A DNA stretch of 64,000 bases. Origin: Candidatus Hydrogenedentota bacterium (GTDB lineage Bacteria > Hydrogenedentota > Hydrogenedentia > Hydrogenedentales > SLHB01). The position numbers and the translations under genes were made by a program. The stretch lies in the NCBI GenBank assembly GCA_903925285.1, contig CAIYET010001005.1:9703-73702 (forward strand). Reading direction: 5' to 3'. The notes beneath the pieces are model-generated. The model had not been told where the DNA came from. It saw nothing but the letters and a program-made list of their open reading frames with translations, and did not search any database. The number at the start of each line of letters is the position of its first letter. Position 1 is the stretch's first letter. This document shows positions 58,701 to 64,000 of the stretch, piece by piece.

Positions 58701-61700
58701 ATGGCAACCAAGATACAAGTCAGGCGCGGAACGGCCGCCGAATGGACAAGCGCAAACCCTACCCTCGCGGAAGGCGAGCCCGGTCTTGAAACCGATACCG
58801 GGTTGGAGAAGCGTGGCGACGGCGCTACGGCATGGACCGCTCTGGCCTACCACCTCCCCAAGCAGATTCACGGTGTCGCCGGCAAGACCACGCCGGTTGA
58901 CGCCGACGAGTTCGGCATCATCGACACGGCGGCATCGAACGCGCTGAAGAAGCTCACCTTCGCCAACCTCTTGGCTACGATATGGACCCGGCTCGGGGCG
59001 CTCATAGCGGGGGGAACGGACAAGGCCACGCCGGCCGACGCCGACACGCTGGGGCTCGCCGACAGCGCGGCGTCCAGCGCGACGAAGAAGCTGACCTTCG
59101 CAAACCTGTGGATATGGGTGAAGGCCAAGGTAACGGCCCTTACCGCGAAGGCAACCCCCGTGGACGCCGATAGCGTCCTCATAAACGACAGCGAAGCGTC
59201 CGGGGTGCCCAAGCAGACGACCCTGACCAATTTCAAGGCCTTCCTGAAGACCTACTTTGATGGCATCTACGGCGCGCTGGCCAATACACCGGATCTCGCG
59301 GGCAAGGGCGCGGCCGATGACATCGGGGACGCCTCGGGCGCTTCGACGGCGGCGAAGATACTTGCGCTCGTGGAATCCGTCGGGGGGGCAGGCTCGGGGC
59401 TCGATGCGGACCTGCTGGACGGGCAACACGCCTCTTTCTTCACCAACCTCGACAATCTTAGCGGGGGAGCCACCTACGCGCGCACCACGATCGTTGGCGC
59501 GGCCGCCGCGAATGATATCGGCGGGTCCACCGGCGTCCTTATCAAGGACAAGCTGATAACCGCCATAGCGGCCTCGGCCGCCGGTACTTCCATGCTCCGG
59601 GCGACAGACGCCGCCGCGCAAAGGGCCTTGCTTTCCGTGGAGGAGAACGCGGATGTAACCGATGCCGCGAATGTGGGCGCGGCGATCCATGGGGCGGCCG
59701 CGAAGACGACGCCGATCGACGCCGACACGCTGGCGGGGATCAATTCCGCAAGCTCGAACGTCCTGACCAAGTTCACCTTCGCAAATCTCTGGGTATGGGT
59801 ACAAGCCAAGATCGCGGCCGCTTCGAGCAAGACCACGCCCGTCGACGCGGACTCCATCCTTGGGGTGGACAGCGAAGCCTCAAGCGTCTCGAAGCGGTTC
59901 ACCTTCGCAAACCTCGGGACATGGATATGGACGAAGCTGGGCGCACTCATCGCGGGTGGAACCTCGAAAGTGACTCCGCTTGACGCCGACACTCTCCCCC
60001 TTTCCAGCGCGGCGGATACCAATGCAACCAGAAAGCTTCTGTGGTCGAACCTGAAAGCCACCATGGCGGCCGCGCTGATCCACGGTGGAAGCAACGAAAT
60101 ATCGACCGCTACACCGGCGGAGAACGCCATACCAAAGGCAACAGCCGGGTCCAAGCTGGACGGATGGATAAGCGATGCCACGGCGCTGGTGAAGGGCTTG
60201 ATGCTTCTCGGGGCTGTCGGCGGGGCCGTAAAAGACACGAAAATGCCGGACGGGGCGACTGCGGTTTCAGGGGGATCGCAGGACGCTTGGGCAACGGTTG
60301 ACGGGTGGTCAAACAATTATGGAACACTATCGGTAGCCGCCGAATCCGGATGGCTTCGTGTTACAGCGTCGTCGACCAATGCTGATATGCTGAAAGATAT
60401 TAGTGGCATTGCTGGTAAAACACTGGCCGTAAGGATAAAAGCCAGTAAGTCAGTCAACCTTTCTGTCATTGCAGTAAGCACCCTTACTGTGTTGCAGACT
60501 ATTGCGGTTGGTGTATCTGTGTCGGTGTATCTTATTCAGTTGCCCGCAAACGCAACCAGAGTGAGATTTTTGATGGACCCCTGTTCCGCAAATGACTGGT
60601 TTGCGATGGATTGGTTTTGGGTTGGGGATTATTCCTACCTCGCCGCCTCCCTTTCTGAGGAAGCGGCACGAATAGTGAACCAGATCGGCGATTCTGCCGG
60701 GCTTCCGGTGGCCGCCTCCGCTACCATTACGAGCAATACGACCAACGTAAACGTACAGGCCACCGGCATATTTACTACCGATGCAAGCCTCCCTGTGGCC
60801 GGGGCAACGTTCAGCGTGAACGGGACCCTCTACACTTGGGTAACAGGGAAAACTCCGAACACGGAAGGCGAAGTTCTGATCGGCGCGACCGTGGCCGACT
60901 GCCTGACCAATGCGAAGAACGCCGTCAACGGGGACGCAGGGACCAAGGGAACCACGCACTTCTGCACGGCCAATGCCTATGCAACGGCGGCGGCCGACGC
61001 CACGAAGATAACGGTAACAGCCATTCTGCGGGGAACGGTCGGAAACGCCTATACGCTCGCCGTGTCTGGAACCGCTTGCCATCTGACCATAAGTGCGGGG
61101 ACGATGGGCTCGGGGGCTGGGGCGACGGCCGGCGTCGATGACACCGTTACTGTTGCCGGGAAGGCCTACAAGTTCGTCGGCCAAACTCCCGCGAACGAAG
61201 GCGAAGTAAAGGTCGGGTCTGGCGCGGCGGTTTCTCTGGCCAACCTTGCGGATGCACTCAACCGAAGAGCGGCCAGTGTTTTGGACGGGTCCTCCTATAA
61301 GGTTGCGGCCCGGCATCCGCTGGTGTACTCGACCTACCTCGGCGCTGGCTATGTAATGAGCCTATTTGCCGGCGTTGCCTTGGACACGAACCCCAGCACC
61401 TTCGTACCCAACCCCGGGGAACTCGGCAACCAGATTACCTTGGCCAAGTCGGCAACCACCCTCACCCTGTCCGGAGCAACCTTCAACGGCGGCGTGAGCG
61501 ATGCGTCCGCGAAGATCAAGGCGCTGGTCGAACAGAACAGCAACTTCGATATCCCGCTCACGACCGAAACGGCGCTCCTGACCACCCTGCTTGGGACCAC
61601 GGGGGCGAACCTCGCGGCCAAGCTCGCGGCGGCAACGGCGGCGGCAACCACTTCCGAACAGGGCGTCGTCGAATTCGCGACGGCGGCTGAGATTGTCGCG

Positions 61701-64000
61701 GCGTCCGATGATACCCGGGCCGTGAACGTGAAACAGCTTCGGGACGCGATGGACCTCGCTGGAATGTTCATCATGAAGCGGACGAAGATGCCTGACGGGG
61801 GAACTGCCCTGTATTCTCAGGACGCTTGGTCGACCACGGACACATGGGGGAGCGATGGTTCTCCTTCTCCTTCGGTGGCTGGTGGAGTAATCACATTCAA
61901 GTATAACTTGTATAAAACCATTGCCAGCATCTATGGTAAGACAATAATTCTAAGGATACGATGTACTTCGGGGAATACGACATTATATGTCAAAGCCCCT
62001 GCCGCTGAAACCTATCTTCTGGCTACGGTAGCATTAACGCAGAACCAGTGGACCAATGTTTCGGCGACAATACCTGCGGCCATGAGCGGATCACAGGTAT
62101 TGCTTAAAGGTGGAGCCTCGGACGTATTCGAGATAGATTGGGTATGGGTCGGAGATCCCGACGCCACAACGAAACAGTTCTACCTTGCCGGTTCGCTATC
62201 CGAAGAGGCCACCCGAATCATAGACAGAATTGGAGACTCGCAGGGTACTGGTGTTGCGGCAAGCGGGACTATCTCGGCAGGGACAGGAAACTTCGCTGTA
62301 GATGATACGGTCACAATCGGTGGTAAAGCGTTTACCGCAAAAGATACGACCGCCAACTTGACCGCAGAGGGCCATTTCCTTATTAGTGATACGCTGGGAC
62401 ACTCGATAGAGAATCTTAATCGCGCGATAAACAGAACAACTCCCGCAACCTACGACAAGTCCGTAAGCGGTTCTGATCCCCGATACTATTGCACGGTGGC
62501 CCATACGCTTGTTTCTTCCGCGATGCCCGGAGCAACCATAAATCTTTCAGCCCTCCTCGTAGGAGAGACCGGGAACTATATCACCCTTGCTACAAGTGTT
62601 TCTGCGAAAGCAGTTCTTTCCGGCGCAACACTAACAGGGGGAATATCCGACGCCGGCGCGAAGCTGTCATGGTTGGTTTCCCGGTCCTCTCAACTTCTTG
62701 CCGCGAAGACAACCTTGACGACGGCTGACTATATCACCCTTCTCGACGCGGCCGATGGCTTGTTAAAGAAGAAAATCACCGTTGCCAATCTCTTGACGAC
62801 CCTTGCGGCGACGACTGATGCCGCCGGATTCGCGGAACAACTTCTTGCCGCCGAAATACTCGCGGGCTCGGATACAACCAGATTCATGGGTGCAAAGGGG
62901 TTGCTTGATTCCCTCGCCCTTGACGGGATGTGGATTCCCCGAAGGGTTAAATTCCCTGACGGGGCGACGGGCGCAGAGTACAACAAGACATCATTCGGAA
63001 CTACGGATACATGGTCGGTCGGTGATGCAAACTCTTCGCTTTCGGCTGTTTCAGGAAAGCTCGCCCTAGCCATAACCGGGGGAGCATCGGCCTACCGTCT
63101 GATTAGAACCAGCACCCTTGCGGTGGGGTCTGGATTTATCGGGATTGAAATTAACACAAACTCCAATGTAACAAAAGTGGAGTATTACAACGGAACGGGA
63201 TGGGTGGAACTTACAACCAAAAACATTGGGGCAACGTTCTCCCGGTATTATGCCCATACCGCCATTGCGGTAGGATATGCCTTTTTGCAGTTCCGGTTCA
63301 CCGTGTCGGGCAACACGACGATCAATACTACCGGAATTTATTATGGTATTCCCTCCTACTTGTTTGGGTCCATATCCGAAGAAGGGGAAAGGATTGCCAC
63401 GCAAGTTGCCGATGCCACGGGGGTCGGTAAGGCCGCCGGGGCCACGATTCTGTCGAACCATACCAATGTAACGGATGGTGACACGGTAACGATCGCTGGA
63501 AAGACCTATATCTTCAAAACGACACTAAGTACAGGACCAACGGTTGAAGGAGAGGTCTTGAAGGGGGCCATCTTTGCCAACACCCTCGACAGGCTGGCGG
63601 CCGCGATCAACCATACGGGAACCCCCGGAACAGACTATACGGCGGCGGCCGCTCATCCTCTGGTTTGGGCTCAGGCAACCCTTGGGCCAAACTACGATAT
63701 GGTCTGGCTCTATGCGAGAACCGCCGGCGCGCTCGGGAATCAACTAACCCTCGCAAAGTCAGCCGTTACCATCACGCTTTCCGGGTCCACCTTCTCGGGG
63801 GGATACTCCGATGCGGCGCGGAAAATACAGACAATATCGGCCAATGCCAATGGCGATATTGCTCTTGCGGCTACTGATATCGGGTTTATTCAGATAGTAG
63901 ACGCGGCCATCGGGGCAACGACGGTCCCCGGAGCGGCAGGAACGTGGTGGCTATGGGAAATCCCCGGCTCCTACGGGGCTACGATAGGATCGGCCAAGCG
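58701..64000 (+). CDS. giant tail-fibre / receptor-binding-like protein, 3'-truncated by the window edge (>1766 codons; not in the ORF track)
   Basis: ATG at 58701 after GGAGGAAG. I hand-translated the whole frame to nt 64000 and found no stop. The N terminus MATKIQVRRGTAAEWTSANPTLAEGEPGLETDTGLEKRGDGATAW matches the conserved fibre/hyaluronidase (HylP) / Mtd_N-type opening. Contains LDADLLDGQHASFF and repeated modules. Confidence 0.8.
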   Translation, partial: MATKIQVRRGTAAEWTSANPTLAEGEPGLETDTGLEKRGDGATAWTALAYHLPKQIHGVAGKTTPVDADEFGIIDTAASNALKKLTFANLLATIWTRLGALIAGGTDKATPADADTLGLADSAASSATKKLTFANLWIWVKAKVTALTAKATPVDADSVLINDSEASGVPKQTTLTNFKAFLKTYFDGIYGALANTPDLAGKGAADDIGDASGASTAAKILALVESVGGAGSGLDADLLDGQHASFFTNLDNLSGGATYARTTIVGAAAANDIGGSTGVLIKDKLITAIAASAAGTSMLRATDAAAQRALLSVEENADVTDAANVGAAIHGAAAKTTPIDADTLAGINSASSNVLTKFTFANLWVWVQAKIAAASSKTTPVDADSILGVDSEASSVSKRFTFANLGTWIWTKLGALIAGGTSKVTPLDADTLPLSSAADTNATRKLLWSNLKATMAAALIHGGSNEISTATPAENAIPKATAGSKLDGWISDATALVKGLMLLGAVGGAVKDTKMPDGATAVSGGSQDAWATVDGWSNNYGTLSVAAESGWLRVTASSTNADMLKDISGIAGKTLAVRIKASKSVNLSVIAVSTLTVLQTIAVGVSVSVYLIQLPANATRVRFLMDPCSANDWFAMDWFWVGDYSYLAASLSEEAARIVNQIGDSAGLPVAASATITSNTTNVNVQATGIFTTDASLPVAGATFSVNGTLYTWVTGKTPNTEGEVLIGATVADCLTNAKNAVNGDAGTKGTTHFCTANAYATAAADATKITVTAILRGTVGNAYTLAVSGTACHLTISAGTMGSGAGATAGVDDTVTVAGKAYKFVGQTPANEGEVKVGSGAAVSLANLADALNRRAASVLDGSSYKVAARHPLVYSTYLGAGYVMSLFAGVALDTNPSTFVPNPGELGNQITLAKSATTLTLSGATFNGGVSDASAKIKALVEQNSNFDIPLTTETALLTTLLGTTGANLAAKLAAATAAATTSEQGVVEFATAAEIVAASDDTRAVNVKQLRDAMDLAGMFIMKRTKMPDGGTALYSQDAWSTTDTWGSDGSPSPSVAGGVITFKYNLYKTIASIYGKTIILRIRCTSGNTTLYVKAPAAETYLLATVALTQNQWTNVSATIPAAMSGSQVLLKGGASDVFEIDWVWVGDPDATTKQFYLAGSLSEEATRIIDRIGDSQGTGVAASGTISAGTGNFAVDDTVTIGGKAFTAKDTTANLTAEGHFLISDTLGHSIENLNRAINRTTPATYDKSVSGSDPRYYCTVAHTLVSSAMPGATINLSALLVGETGNYITLATSVSAKAVLSGATLTGGISDAGAKLSWLVSRSSQLLAAKTTLTTADYITLLDAADGLLKKKITVANLLTTLAATTDAAGFAEQLLAAEILAGSDTTRFMGAKGLLDSLALDGMWIPRRVKFPDGATGAEYNKTSFGTTDTWSVGDANSSLSAVSGKLALAITGGASAYRLIRTSTLAVGSGFIGIEINTNSNVTKVEYYNGTGWVELTTKNIGATFSRYYAHTAIAVGYAFLQFRFTVSGNTTINTTGIYYGIPSYLFGSISEEGERIATQVADATGVGKAAGATILSNHTNVTDGDTVTIAGKTYIFKTTLSTGPTVEGEVLKGAIFANTLDRLAAAINHTGTPGTDYTAAAAHPLVWAQATLGPNYDMVWLYARTAGALGNQLTLAKSAVTITLSGSTFSGGYSDAARKIQTISANANGDIALAATDIGFIQIVDAAIGATTVPGAAGTWWLWEIPGSYGATIGSAK

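Noticed and set aside
58668-61774. Long minus-strand ORFs (58668..59804 378 aa, 59474..60316 280 aa, 60450..61316 288 aa, 61349..61774 141 aa)
   Set aside because: They lie antisense to an uninterrupted + strand ORF that has a strong RBS and recognisable fibre motifs. Their translations are low-complexity (Arg/Gly/Pro/Ala-rich), typical of GC-rich shadow frames. Every other credible gene is on the + strand.
58701-64000. Diversity-generating retroelement, suggested by the Mtd_N-like N terminus
   Set aside because: No reverse transcriptase gene and no near-identical template/variable repeat pair with adenine-specific differences is visible in this window. The three super-modules are diverged at all base types. 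This cannot be excluded for sequence beyond the window.

Overview
All credible genes in this window are on the + strand, and many are joined by ATGA/GTGA stop-start overlaps. It reads as a stretch of a large, GC-rich tailed dsDNA phage or prophage with contractile-tail-type baseplate genes. No integrase, repressor/lysogeny module or CRISPR array was seen. Gene order is as follows. (1) 1-11.4 kb: a 5'-truncated tail protein, baseplate genes (V-like spike, LysM/gp25-like, J-like, I-like) and two paralogous tail fibres flanking an AT-rich gene. (2) 11.4-14.1 kb: a lysis cassette with a Cys-peptidase, holin-like proteins and overlapped i-/o-spanins, which implies a diderm host. It ends in a strong bidirectional terminator. 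(3) 14.2-39.5 kb: several operons led by sigma70-type promoters. They encode an AbrB-like regulator, YqaJ exonuclease + SMC-like ATPase + RecT, a replisome organizer + DnaC-like loader, dUTPase, VRR-NUC, a Dam-family MTase, the large terminase and many small Zn-finger or unknown genes. They also carry a sigma region-4-like protein, a GT-rich iteron-like array, a Gp37/Gp68-type radical-SAM-like protein, tRNA-Gln(UUG), SSB and HNH. (4) 39.5-58.7 kb: portal, a MuF-like head protein and a block of very large multidomain (polyvalent-type) proteins. These are a DarB-like MTase-helicase (2135 aa), a RelA/SpoT-like protein, and a 1584-aa protein with ParB-like, transglutaminase-like, PPase-like and zincin domains. 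(5) 58.7-64 kb: a fibre-like ORF of more than 1766 codons that runs off the window and is missing from the ORF track. The most interesting signal is a ~40-aa sequence module. It recurs at the N termini of five of the six proteins encoded directly after the portal gene (not the MuF-like one) and at internal junctions and C termini. This suggests a shared targeting or tethering signal for a virion-delivered effector set that includes the RelA/SpoT-like enzyme. All functional calls come from motif recognition by eye; no database search was run.
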